NCBI RefSeq assembly: GCF_000007145.1
Contig: NC_003902.1
Span: forward strand, 4,256,497 to 4,288,496
Reading direction: 5' to 3'
Length of the DNA stretch: 32,000 nucleotides
From: Xanthomonas campestris pv. campestris str. ATCC 33913
GTDB taxonomy: Bacteria; Pseudomonadota; Gammaproteobacteria; Xanthomonadales; Xanthomonadaceae
The notes beneath the pieces are model-generated. The model made no database searches and was not told where the DNA came from. It was given only the letters and a program-made list of their open reading frames with translations. This document shows positions 14,949 through 23,454 of the stretch, one piece after another (positions within the stretch are counted from its first letter, which is position 1; every line of letters begins with the position of its first letter). Made by a program: the position numbers and the translations under genes.

Positions 14949-16454
14949 GTCGCCCCTGAAAAACCCCCTTCAAGCACCAAGTGTCATCGGCGACAGCGGC
15001 ACGGCGCTAAAGGATGGCCATCCCATCGCCCGCATCCAGGCACGCAAAAACGCGATCCAGCGCAGCAGCCAGCGCAGGTTGTAGCCGGCGGCGCAGCCGA
15101 GTACGTGCAGCGCATCGCCTTGTGCACCTTTCAGCCTGCAGCGACGCAACCTGCAGTCGTCTTTCAGATGTCCGATCACCGGTTCCACCGCCTGCCGTCG
15201 TTTGATCCAGCGCCATTGCCGTCGCGTCAGCGTCTTGGCCTTGCCACGATGGAGCACCTGCACGCCATCGACCTCGCGCCCGCGATAGCCCAGGTCCACG
15301 ATCGCCACCGTCGGTTCTACGCTCAGATCCTGCAGCAACCCGCGTGTCTGCTCCAGCTGCTCGGCCAAGGTGTCGCCGTCGTACGGGTTGCCCGGGAAGC
15401 TACGCGCACCCACGACCAATCCCTTGCAGGCGGTGACCGCAATGCCGACCTTGACGCCGAATTCGTACGCTTGACGCGCCTTGCCCTTACCGATGCATTC
15501 CACTTCCGGGGCATGCAATGCGTACAGTTTTTGTTTGTCCTTCGGACGCTGCGTGTACAGCCGTTGCGCACGTTCCAGCCAGACCGCGATGCGCTCGCGC
15601 ACGCCGGGTTCCACCTGGTCCAGCTTGCGCGCGATATCGCGCAACACCCGCCCCAAGACCGTGCGTTGACGTCGCAGCACGCGCTGCATGCGCTTGAACT
15701 GGCGTGCATGCGCATAGCGGCCCGCCTTGCGGCTCAGGGCCGGACCTTGCCGTGCGTAGCTCTGCCGCAACCCGATGCCGTAACGCTTGGCCAGCAGCAC
15801 CAGTTTCTTGCGTGCCACCTCCAGCAACCGACTATCGGTCGGATAGGCAATCGCCTTTTCCTGCACCGTGGTGTCCACGATCACCCGCGACAACTCGCGT
15901 GCGTCCACCGCCTGCATGGCATGTGCAGCGTTGATGGTGTGTGCCAGCAACTCTTCCATCCCCGCTTCGTCAAGCCGCTGACGCCAGCGCGTCAGCGAGC
16001 TGGCATCGCACGGCAAGCGCGTCTGGAACACGACCTCGCCAGTGAAAAACTGCCAATACGGATTTTCCAGCCAACGCTCGCACACCGCCTCATCGGACAG
16101 GTCGTAGGCGTGTTTGAGGTAGAGCAAACCGGCGATCAGCCGCACCGGCAATGCCGGCCGACCGCCACCAGCCTGGGTGGCCGGCAAGCGCGATGAAAGT
16201 GCTTGCTCCAACGCCGTCCACGGCATCCGTTGGCTCAGCTGCGCCAGCGGATGCCGCAGATCGATCTGGTTCTCCAGGCGCGAACGAAACAACTCCTCGG
16301 CAGGCATGTGCTCGGCAGCAGGACGGCGTGTATGCATGAGTGGAAATTGCCAGAAACCAGCCTTCAGCGTAGCGAAAACTGGTAGTTCTGGCACGCCACT
16401 GCAGACATCAAGGCCTTGCGGGCGTTGGGTGATTGGGGGTTTTTCAGGGGCGAC
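14949..16454 (-). mobile_element. IS5-family (long-transposase subgroup) insertion sequence, 1506 bp
   Basis: 20-bp perfect terminal inverted repeats GTCGCCCCTGAAAAACCCCC at 14949 and, as reverse complement, at 16454. Confidence 0.85.
14970..16394 (-). CDS. IS5-family DDE transposase (474 aa)
   Basis: DUF772-like N-terminus (LRHPLAQLSQRMPWTALEQAL), then IVDTTVQEKAIAYPTDSRLL, VDLGYRG and AVEPVIGHLK. Confidence 0.9.
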   Translation of the reverse strand: MPELPVFATLKAGFWQFPLMHTRRPAAEHMPAEELFRSRLENQIDLRHPLAQLSQRMPWTALEQALSSRLPATQAGGGRPALPVRLIAGLLYLKHAYDLSDEAVCERWLENPYWQFFTGEVVFQTRLPCDASSLTRWRQRLDEAGMEELLAHTINAAHAMQAVDARELSRVIVDTTVQEKAIAYPTDSRLLEVARKKLVLLAKRYGIGLRQSYARQGPALSRKAGRYAHARQFKRMQRVLRRQRTVLGRVLRDIARKLDQVEPGVRERIAVWLERAQRLYTQRPKDKQKLYALHAPEVECIGKGKARQAYEFGVKVGIAVTACKGLVVGARSFPGNPYDGDTLAEQLEQTRGLLQDLSVEPTVAIVDLGYRGREVDGVQVLHRGKAKTLTRRQWRWIKRRQAVEPVIGHLKDDCRLRRCRLKGAQGDALHVLGCAAGYNLRWLLRWIAFLRAWMRAMGWPSFSAVPLSPMTLGA

Positions 16455-16530
16455 TATGTACCCCCGTACACTCTGGTTCCTCCGCGCCGTCCGCGCCCAC
16501 CTGACGGCTGCTCGCTACGTTTTGTTAGCC
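16455..16530. repeat. dispersed intergenic repeat, copy A
   Basis: About 80% similar to 29771..29847. Shared cores are GTTCCTCCGCGCCGTCCGC and TGCTCGCTACGTTTT. Confidence 0.5.
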
Positions 16531-16748
16531 GCGCTAAGTCGCACATTGCGTCCGATCTGCATCCAGCTTGCGCAGGCCACACGCAATGGTAAGTGGCCCT
16601 CCTGGGCGAATGATGCGACGTGGAGTGCTGCGCGCAACGTCAGTGTGACTCGGGGTAGGCGAGAAGGTAGCGCGAACGCGCAGCTGCACTTTTCCGTTGC
16701 CGATGAAACAGTGGCACGCCCGAAACGTGCGTGTTATCAATGCATCCC

Positions 16749-16832
16749 ATGAACGCACCCCGCAGCCAATTTTATTTTTGGTACTACGGTTTTCCGATGC
16801 CGCTGGCGGAGGAAGGAGTGCGCTCACCCTGA
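16749..16832 (+). CDS. candidate aromatic-amino-acid leader peptide (MNAPRSQFYFWYYGFPMPLAEEGVRSP)
   Basis: 27 codons containing the run F-Y-F-W-Y-Y-G-F (codons at 16770..16793). An in-frame alternative ATG lies at 16740. The ORF ends 27 nt before a strong intrinsic terminator and about 105 nt before aroG. Confidence 0.55.
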   Translation: MNAPRSQFYFWYYGFPMPLAEEGVRSP

Positions 16833-16859
16833 AGGAAACTTCAGCAGCATTCCCGAAAA

Positions 16860-16887
16860 GCCGCCAGCGCACACTGGCGGCTTTTTT
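16860..16887 (+). terminator. intrinsic terminator (attenuator) between the leader ORF and aroG
   Basis: GCCGCCAG-CGCACA-CTGGCGGC followed by T6. The 5' arm (CCGCCAGCG, 16861..16869) can alternatively pair with CGCTGGCGG at 16801..16809 inside the leader ORF. Confidence 0.7.
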
Positions 16888-16938
16888 GTTGCCGCCTCGC
16901 CTGGCTTCCCTGATGCACCGCCGACCCGAGACAACGTT

Positions 16939-18012
16939 ATGCCGCCGCTGACCGATGACCTGCGTATCCGCAAGATCGAACCGTTGACCCCGCCCTCGCA
17001 GCTGCTGTCGCTGCTGCCCTGCGATGAGCGCGCTTCCGAAACCGTCACCAACGCACGTGCCGCCCTGCACGAGATTCTGCACGGGCGCGATGACCGCCTG
17101 GCGGTGGTGATCGGCCCCTGTTCGATCCACGACCCTGTGGCTGCCATGGAGTACGCGCAGCGTCTGCGCCCCTTGCGTGAGCAGTTTGGCGACGCGCTGG
17201 AAATCGTGATGCGCGTGTACTTCGAAAAGCCGCGCACCACCATTGGCTGGAAGGGCCTGATCAACGACCCGGACCTGGATGGCAGTTTCCAGATCAACAA
17301 GGGCCTGCGCGTGGCGCGTGGCTTGCTGCGCGATATCAACAACCTCGGCCTGCCGGCCGGCGTGGAATTTCTCGACATCATCTCGCCGCAGTACATCGCT
17401 GACTTGGTGGCCTGGGGCGCGATCGGTGCGCGGACCACCGAAAGCCAGGTGCATCGCGAAATGGCCTCCGGCCTGTCGTGCCCAGTGGGGTTCAAGAACG
17501 GCACCGGTGGCGACGTCAAGATTGCCGTGGACGCGGTGGGTGCGGCCTCGCATCCGCATCATTTCCTGGCGGTGACCAAGGATGGCCACACGGCGGTGGC
17601 GGCCACCGCGGGCAACCCGGATTGTCATGTGATTTTGCGTGGCGGCAAGCAGCCTAACTTCGACGCGGCCAATGTGGAAGCATCCAGCCAGGTGCTCAAC
17701 AAGGCCGGCTTGCCGGCGCGGCTGATGATCGACGCCAGCCACGCCAACAGCGGCAAGAACCCGGACAACCAGCCCAAGGTCATCGACGACATCGCCACGC
17801 AGCTGGAGGGCGGCGAGACGCGCATCGTTGGCGTGATGGTGGAAAGCCACCTGGTCGGCGGCCGGCAGGAACTGGTGCCGGGCGGCACGCTGACCTACGG
17901 CCAAAGCATCACCGACGGCTGCCTGGATTGGGACGCCTCGCTGCAGGTGCTGGAGCGCTTGGCGATTGCGGTGCGTGCACGTCGTGCGCGGCGGGTTGCC
18001 GAGGCTGCGTGA
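16939..18012 (+). CDS. aroG: 3-deoxy-7-phosphoheptulonate (DAHP) synthase, class I
   Basis: 357 aa. Contains VIGPCSIHD, RVYFEKPRTTIGWKGLINDP, GARTTESQVHRE, KNGT and IDASHANS. The isozyme label (G, F or H) cannot be resolved from sequence. Confidence 0.9.
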   Translation: MPPLTDDLRIRKIEPLTPPSQLLSLLPCDERASETVTNARAALHEILHGRDDRLAVVIGPCSIHDPVAAMEYAQRLRPLREQFGDALEIVMRVYFEKPRTTIGWKGLINDPDLDGSFQINKGLRVARGLLRDINNLGLPAGVEFLDIISPQYIADLVAWGAIGARTTESQVHREMASGLSCPVGFKNGTGGDVKIAVDAVGAASHPHHFLAVTKDGHTAVAATAGNPDCHVILRGGKQPNFDAANVEASSQVLNKAGLPARLMIDASHANSGKNPDNQPKVIDDIATQLEGGETRIVGVMVESHLVGGRQELVPGGTLTYGQSITDGCLDWDASLQVLERLAIAVRARRARRVAEAA

Positions 18013-18041
18013 TCGTTGAGGCGGTGGCGTGAGAATACGAG

Positions 18042-18133
18042 GCTTCGCCCGCACCCTCATCCGGCGCTCCGCGCCACCTTCTCCCGGTGGGAGAAGGGAT
18101 AAAGCCCCTCTCCCGCCGGGAGAGGGGTTGGGG
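18042..18133. repeat. REP-like compound palindrome
   Basis: Outer arms GCACCCTCA and TGAGGGTGC enclose two sub-hairpins, CCTTCTCCC-GGT-GGGAGAAGG and CCCCTCTCCC-GCC-GGGAGAGGGG. Confidence 0.6.
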
Positions 18134-18530
18134 TGAGGGTGCGGCGGAAGACAGCCATCCCAAGCCGTGTGCCTGCAACTGACCTGACGCCGCAACAAGC
18201 GCGCATGTGCAACAGATTCAAAGCCCAGAACATTTGAGTGCAGCACATCAAACGCGCAGCACATTCATGGTTCGGCATCGTCAAGCAGCGTTCGAGATAT
18301 TCAAAGCGCAACACATAAAAAACGCGGCGCATCCAAACGCAGCACATCCAAACAAGTGCTTGCACGCCGGCGGCGATAATCTCGTTGGCACGAGCGGCCA
18401 CCAAAACGTATCGAGTAGCCTGACGGTGAGCACACTAGTGTTGGTCGATGGCGTTCTAAAACAAGAACGTCGGGGCGGCACAGGGAGCCGGCCCGACGGA
18501 TTGGACACCACCCAGTGATGACCCGATGCC

Positions 18531-18571
18531 ACCGGCGGCAGGAGGGGAGAGAGGGGCTTCCTGCCGCCGGT
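18531..18571. repeat. perfect 13-bp stem hairpin with a purine-rich loop
   Basis: ACCGGCGGCAGGA-GGGGAGAGAGGGGCT-TCCTGCCGCCGGT. Confidence 0.5.
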
Positions 18572-18822
18572 GACGGGCGGGCAGGAATGTTATCCGCGAC
18601 GCACGTGCCAGCGCGATGTCGCAGCGTGGCAACACCAGCAATGAAGTTTGGGAAGCGTTAAATGCCAGGTATGGCAATCGCACGTTGAGCTCTGTGCTGT
18701 GCGTGCTCACCGACAAAAGCAGGGCTGCAGCGCAGCGTTCGCATGCCGCAAGAATCAGAAGGGTAGGCGCGTTGCCGTCGAACCATGGCGTCCCCGAAAG
18801 CACCATGCTGCGCAGCTTCAGC

Positions 18823-19173
18823 GCAGCAACAACAACAGCAACAACAACAACAACAACAACAACAACAGCAACAACAACAACAGCAACAACAGCAACAACA
18901 GCAACAACAGCAACAACAGCAACAACAGCAACAACAGCAACAACAGCAACAGCAACAGCAATAACAGCAACAGCAACAGCAATAGCAATAGCAATAGCAA
19001 TAGCAACAGCAACAGCAACAGCAACAGCAATAGCAACAGCAATAGCAACAGCAATAGCAACAGCAATAGCAACAGCAATAGCAATAGCAATAGCAACAGC
19101 AATAGCAATAGCAACAGCAATAGCAATAGCAATAGCAACAGCAATAGCAATAGCAACAGCAATAGCAATAGCA
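18823..19173. repeat. 351-bp uninterrupted triplet array built only of GCA, ACA and ATA (117 triplets)
   Basis: Read directly from the sequence. Order is an (ACA)n run, then (GCA ACA ACA)x7, then (GCA ACA)n, then a mosaic of (GCA ATA) and (GCA ACA). Confidence 0.95.
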
Positions 19174-19368
19174 TGGCAGTTCGCATTGCCACAGCATGAT
19201 TTATGCGTGTTGCGAAAAGCGACGACACCCATGATGCGAGCCGCTAAGGCTGCGGCGCGGCCAAGTATCTACGGCAAAGCACCGGCCCAAGTTGAAGTTC
19301 GTGCAACACATTGATCGCGCTGCAAAGAGCGGCTGAAACTGACGAATCCCGAATCCCGAATCCCCAAC

Positions 19369-20883
19369 TCACCCCAACATATCTCCAGTCTCCAGCCACC
19401 GCTGGTGCCACGCCAATGCTTCGGTCAGCAGATGCGGCGTGTGCTTGCCATAGCTGTCGCGATTGGCACGTGCCACGTAGTCTTCCAGCGCGTCGCGGTA
19501 ACGCGGATGCACGCAGTGCTCTAGCAGCTGGCGTGCACGTTGCTTGGGCGTCAGGCCGCGCAGGTCGGCCAGGCCTTGTTCGGTCACGATCACTGAGACG
19601 TCGTGTTCGGTGTGGTCGACATGGCTGACCATCGGCACGATTGAGGAAATACTGCCGGCCTTGGCGATGCTGGGGCTGAGGAAGATCGACAGGAACCCGT
19701 TGCGCGCGAAATCGCCGGAGCCGCCGATGCCGTTCATGATGCGGCTGCCCATGACATGGGTGGAATTGACGTTGCCGTACAGGTCGGCCTCGATCATGCC
19801 GTTCATGCCGATGCAGCCCAGCCGCCGCACCAGCTCGGGATGGTTGGAGATCTCCTGCGTGCGCATCACGATGCGCTGCCGGTAGAAATCGATGTTGCGC
19901 TTGAATTCTTCGTTGCCTTCCGGGCTGAGCGCAAAACCGGTGCACGAGGCATAACGCAAGACGCCATCGCGCAGCAGCGCCAGCATGCCGTCCTGGATCA
20001 CTTCGGTGAAGGCTTCCAGGTCGCGGAAACCGCTACGTGCCAGGCCGGCCAGCACCGCATTGGGAATATTGCCCACGCCCGATTGCAGCGGCAGCAGGTT
20101 CGCCGGCAGCCGGCCCTTGCTCACCTCGTGTCGCAGGAAGGCGATCAGGTGTTCGGCGATGCGCTCGCTGCTGTCATCGGCAGCGGCAAACGGGCTGTTG
20201 CGGTCCGGGCCATGCGTACGCACCACGGCCACGATCTTGTCCGGGTCGCAGCGCAGGCTGGGCTCGCCGATGCGGTCGTCGCCGTGCAGCAGCGGAATCG
20301 GTTTGCGGTGCGGTGGCAGCGCGGTGCCGTAATACACATCGTGCATGCCATCCAGGCCGGCCGGTTGCCAGTCGTTGACCTCGATGATCACTTTCCTGGC
20401 CAGGTCCAGCCAGGTCTTGTTGTTACCGATGGAGGTGGACGGCACCAGGCTGCCATCGGCGCGGATCGCCGACACTTCCACCACCGCGGTGTCGATCTGC
20501 CCGTAGAAGCCGAACCACACGTGCTGGGCAACGTGGCTCAGATGGATATCGATGTAGTCCAGCGTGCCGGCATTGATGCGTTGGCGCGCATCCGGGTCGG
20601 ACTGGAACGGCATGCGCATGGCGATGCCGTCGGCCTTGGCCAGCGCGCCATCGAGCTCGGGCGCGGTGGAGGCGCCGGTCATCAGCTTGATCTGGAACGC
20701 TTCGCCCTGCAGGTGCGCCGCTTCGATGCGCTGCGCCAGCGCCATCGGCACTGCCTTGGGATAACCCGACCCGGTGAAGCCGCTCATCGCCACGGTCTCG
20801 CCGGGCTGGATCAGCGCAGCAGCGGCCTCGGCAGAGACCAGGTGGTCGCGCAGCGGCGCGTTGAGGATGCGTTCGTCGGACAT
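19369..20883 (-). CDS. acetyl-CoA hydrolase/transferase family protein (succinyl-CoA:acetate CoA-transferase-like)
   Basis: 505 aa from the ATG at 20883 (MSDERILNAP...); the upstream 70 codons of the track ORF look non-coding. Motifs GFTGSGYPKAV, LQSGVGNIPNAV and MNGIGGSGDFARN. Confidence 0.85.
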   Translation of the reverse strand: MSDERILNAPLRDHLVSAEAAAALIQPGETVAMSGFTGSGYPKAVPMALAQRIEAAHLQGEAFQIKLMTGASTAPELDGALAKADGIAMRMPFQSDPDARQRINAGTLDYIDIHLSHVAQHVWFGFYGQIDTAVVEVSAIRADGSLVPSTSIGNNKTWLDLARKVIIEVNDWQPAGLDGMHDVYYGTALPPHRKPIPLLHGDDRIGEPSLRCDPDKIVAVVRTHGPDRNSPFAAADDSSERIAEHLIAFLRHEVSKGRLPANLLPLQSGVGNIPNAVLAGLARSGFRDLEAFTEVIQDGMLALLRDGVLRYASCTGFALSPEGNEEFKRNIDFYRQRIVMRTQEISNHPELVRRLGCIGMNGMIEADLYGNVNSTHVMGSRIMNGIGGSGDFARNGFLSIFLSPSIAKAGSISSIVPMVSHVDHTEHDVSVIVTEQGLADLRGLTPKQRARQLLEHCVHPRYRDALEDYVARANRDSYGKHTPHLLTEALAWHQRWLETGDMLG

Positions 20884-21050
20884 GGGGGCATAGCGTGTGA
20901 CGGGGGAAGCCAAATTATCGCCGCTGCGTTGCCTGGGCGGGGCTTCGACGATGGTGCAATGGTGTATGCGGTCAGGCGGCGGGAAGGCATTCACGCCTTG
21001 CCGTCGGCCCAACCGGGATAGTGGCGGCAGACTCATCACACTGCGCATCC

Positions 21051-23225
21051 ATGCCCTCTCTTCGCGATCGCTTCCAGCGCTGGCCCCGGCCATGGCGCAT
21101 TGCAGTGGTCGTGTTGCTGGCGCTGTACGTGCTGTATCTGCTGGCAGGCAATATTTTTCTCAACACGCCGCTGTTCGATGCCACTACCAACCGTCAGCCG
21201 CACAAGTTCACCATGCAGACCGGCCCGGCAATCACGGTATTTCCGGGGCAGGTGATGGCCTGGAACGTGCGCATGCGTGGGCAGGCCAACCGGACCGTGT
21301 ACGTCTTCCATGCCGACCGCGCGCATGCGCGCATCGCGCTGCTGCCGTTGTTGCGGCGCGAGGTGCGGCTGCCGTGGCTGCATGCGTCCGGCCTCAGTGC
21401 CGAGGTCGAAACCGCCGAAAAGGCCATCCCGCCGCCGCCGCGCGGCAACCGCGGCTGGACGCTGCGCTTCGATGCGATCAGCAGTACCAGCATCCGCAGT
21501 GCACGCCTGGGCAAGCTGCTCATCGCCGGGCACGGCCACGGCACGGTGGGTTTTCTCAAACAGCTCAAGGGCGGGCCATCGGAGTTGTTTCCTTCCGAAG
21601 CGGGCTTTACCGATGCGGTGGTCAGCTACGACGGCGTGCAGGTGTTCAACGGCGCGCAATTGGACGCGCAGTTCCAGTTCCCCCGCCATTACCGCGACCA
21701 GGCGCCGGGCCTGCGCAAGCTCGGCATCACCCGTGCACGCCTGAAGCTCAACGCCAGCACGGTGGCGCTGAAGATCGACACCGGCGCGCCGCACGTGGAC
21801 ATCAGCAGCGGCCCCTCCGCCGCACGCGTGGAGGCCGATATCACCCTGGAAAACGGCGCCTTGAAGCCGGGTAGCCGCGCGGTGTGGCGGCTGCCGTTGC
21901 TGGCCGGTGTGGGTGCCACCGATCGCGGCATGCTCGCGCTGCAGCTGGATGTGGCGCAGGACATCCGCGTGCAGGCACGGCTGCCGCGCGATGCCGACAC
22001 CGGCAGCGAACTCGATGCGGATCTGCGCATCGCCGGCCGCAGCATTCCGTTCGCCGCACCGGCGCAACTGCTGCCGCGCCTGTCCGGGCAGGTGCGCGGC
22101 CGCTGGAAGTTCGAATCGCTGAACTGGATCGCCGAGTTGTTCGTGCGCAAGCCGTGGTTCCAGCTGGAAGGCGGTGGCCTGGTCGAGGCGGATCTGCGCC
22201 TGGCGCAGGGGCGGCTGGCCAGTGGCAGCACGCTGGATATCCCGCGGGTGGAAGCGGTGGCACAGGTGGCGGGCACCCGCCTGGCCGGTGTTGCCAAGGC
22301 ACACGGGCACATCGACGATGCCGCCACGCCGCAGGCGCATCTGGATGTGGGTATCCCCACGTTCAGGGCCACGCCCAGCGATGCGCCACGGCAGGTGCTG
22401 CTGGACGGCCGCGACCTGCAATTGGCCATGCAGGGCGATGCGGAGTTGGCGCGGCTGCGCGAGACAATGAAGGCGCAGCTGCGTTTCAGCGATGCGCGCG
22501 TGCCGGACCTCACCGTCTACAACCGCTATCTCTCCGGCAAGACCGTGCGCCTGTTGGGAGGCAGCGGCCGGCTGAGTGGCGACGTGGCGCTCAATGCGGC
22601 CGGTGAAGTGGGCAACGGCCATGCGGACCTGCGCGGGCAGGGCGCGCACCTGTCCATCGCCGGCATCCAGATGCGCGGCGATGCGCAATTGCAGGCGAAC
22701 CTGCGGCGTGCCGACTTCAAGGCCAAGTTCTTCGACCTGAGCGGCACGCACATTCGCTTGCGCAACATGCGCGTGGGCGACGCCGCCACCGATGCCGCCT
22801 GGTGGGGTGAGGTGGAGGTGCCGGCCGGCACGATTCAGGCCACCGCGCCCTTCCAGGTGGATGCCGATGCGGCAGTGCGCATGCGCGATGCCGCGCCGCT
22901 GCTGTCGGTGTTCGCACAACGCGCCGATTACCCGCGCTGGGTGCTGGGCCTGCTGGATGCCGGCCAGCTCGACGCCACCGGCCGGCTGCGCTGGCGCAAG
23001 CAGCAGGTGGTGGACGACCTGCACGCGGAGAACGCACGCCTGTCGCTGCGCGCGCGCCTGGCAATTGACGATGATCACAAGCGAGGCGACCTGTATCTGC
23101 GCTGGGGCGTGCTTGGTGCAGGCATCGAGCTCGATGGCCAACAGCGCCAATGGCATCTAGCCGGCGCACGCGAGTGGTACGAGGGGCGCCCATCCTTGCT
23201 GCCGCCGATGGCGAACAAGAAGTGA
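21051..23225 (+). CDS. AsmA-family-like membrane-anchored protein, paralogue 1
   Basis: N-terminal TM segment IAVVVLLALYVLYLLAGNIFLNTP, then ARIALLPLLRREVRLPWLHASG and GWTLRFDAI. This mirrors the AsmA N-terminal pattern as recalled (LVNPNDF, LDVALLPLLSHQL, GWSFDISSL). The remainder is long and beta-rich. The start could also be the GTG at 21021. Confidence 0.5.
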   Translation: MPSLRDRFQRWPRPWRIAVVVLLALYVLYLLAGNIFLNTPLFDATTNRQPHKFTMQTGPAITVFPGQVMAWNVRMRGQANRTVYVFHADRAHARIALLPLLRREVRLPWLHASGLSAEVETAEKAIPPPPRGNRGWTLRFDAISSTSIRSARLGKLLIAGHGHGTVGFLKQLKGGPSELFPSEAGFTDAVVSYDGVQVFNGAQLDAQFQFPRHYRDQAPGLRKLGITRARLKLNASTVALKIDTGAPHVDISSGPSAARVEADITLENGALKPGSRAVWRLPLLAGVGATDRGMLALQLDVAQDIRVQARLPRDADTGSELDADLRIAGRSIPFAAPAQLLPRLSGQVRGRWKFESLNWIAELFVRKPWFQLEGGGLVEADLRLAQGRLASGSTLDIPRVEAVAQVAGTRLAGVAKAHGHIDDAATPQAHLDVGIPTFRATPSDAPRQVLLDGRDLQLAMQGDAELARLRETMKAQLRFSDARVPDLTVYNRYLSGKTVRLLGGSGRLSGDVALNAAGEVGNGHADLRGQGAHLSIAGIQMRGDAQLQANLRRADFKAKFFDLSGTHIRLRNMRVGDAATDAAWWGEVEVPAGTIQATAPFQVDADAAVRMRDAAPLLSVFAQRADYPRWVLGLLDAGQLDATGRLRWRKQQVVDDLHAENARLSLRARLAIDDDHKRGDLYLRWGVLGAGIELDGQQRQWHLAGAREWYEGRPSLLPPMANKK

Positions 23226-23233
23226 GCGCGTGC

Positions 23234-23261
23234 GTAGGAGCGCACCTGGGTGCGCTGCTAC
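23234..23261. repeat. REP-like hairpin just after the stop of paralogue 1
   Basis: GTAGGAGCGCAC-CTGG-GTGCGCTGCTAC, with 11 of 12 bases paired. Confidence 0.5.
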
Positions 23262-23385
23262 GGTCTGCTGCGGCTGAGCGGATACGCGGGAGCAACTACC
23301 AATGCATTTAGTTCGTGGGTAACCACGTTTGTCGCGGTCTATCGTCATCGGCATGCTTACACAGCGTTGGTGACGCGAATAGCCA

Positions 23386-23454
23386 CGTAGGAGCACACCT
23401 GGGCGCGACAAGGATTTCCCGGTAATGCCCGTCGCGCCCGGGTGCGTTCCTACG
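23386..23454. repeat. inverted pair of REP-like units (BIME-like)
   Basis: CGTAGGAGCACACCTGGGCGCGAC, 21 nt, then GTCGCGCCCGGGTGCGTTCCTACG. The arms are 21/24 complementary and share the unit seen at 23234. Confidence 0.55.

Noticed and set aside
18823-19173. CRISPR array.
   Set aside because: The periodicity is 3-9 bp with no unique spacers and no cas genes. It is a micro/minisatellite.
18456-19314. Protein-coding calls through the triplet array: 232-aa Ala/Thr/Ile, 183-aa Asn/Ser, 258-aa Ala/Ile/Val, 179-aa Cys/Tyr and 136-aa poly-Leu ORFs.
   Set aside because: Five frames are open only because the GCA/ACA/ATA units lack stops. No RBS is present, the flanks contain rare codons, and the flanking residues show no recognisable domains.
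21036-23156. 706-aa minus-strand ORF, and similar long ORFs at 16534..18264 (-), 30300..31718 (-), 14880..16196 (+), 19756..21021 (+), 26317..27624 (+) and 23583..24236 (-).
   Set aside because: Each lies antisense to, or out of frame with, a gene that has recognisable family motifs. Their products are Arg/Ala/Gly/Pro-rich low-complexity strings, typical of shadow ORFs in high-GC DNA.
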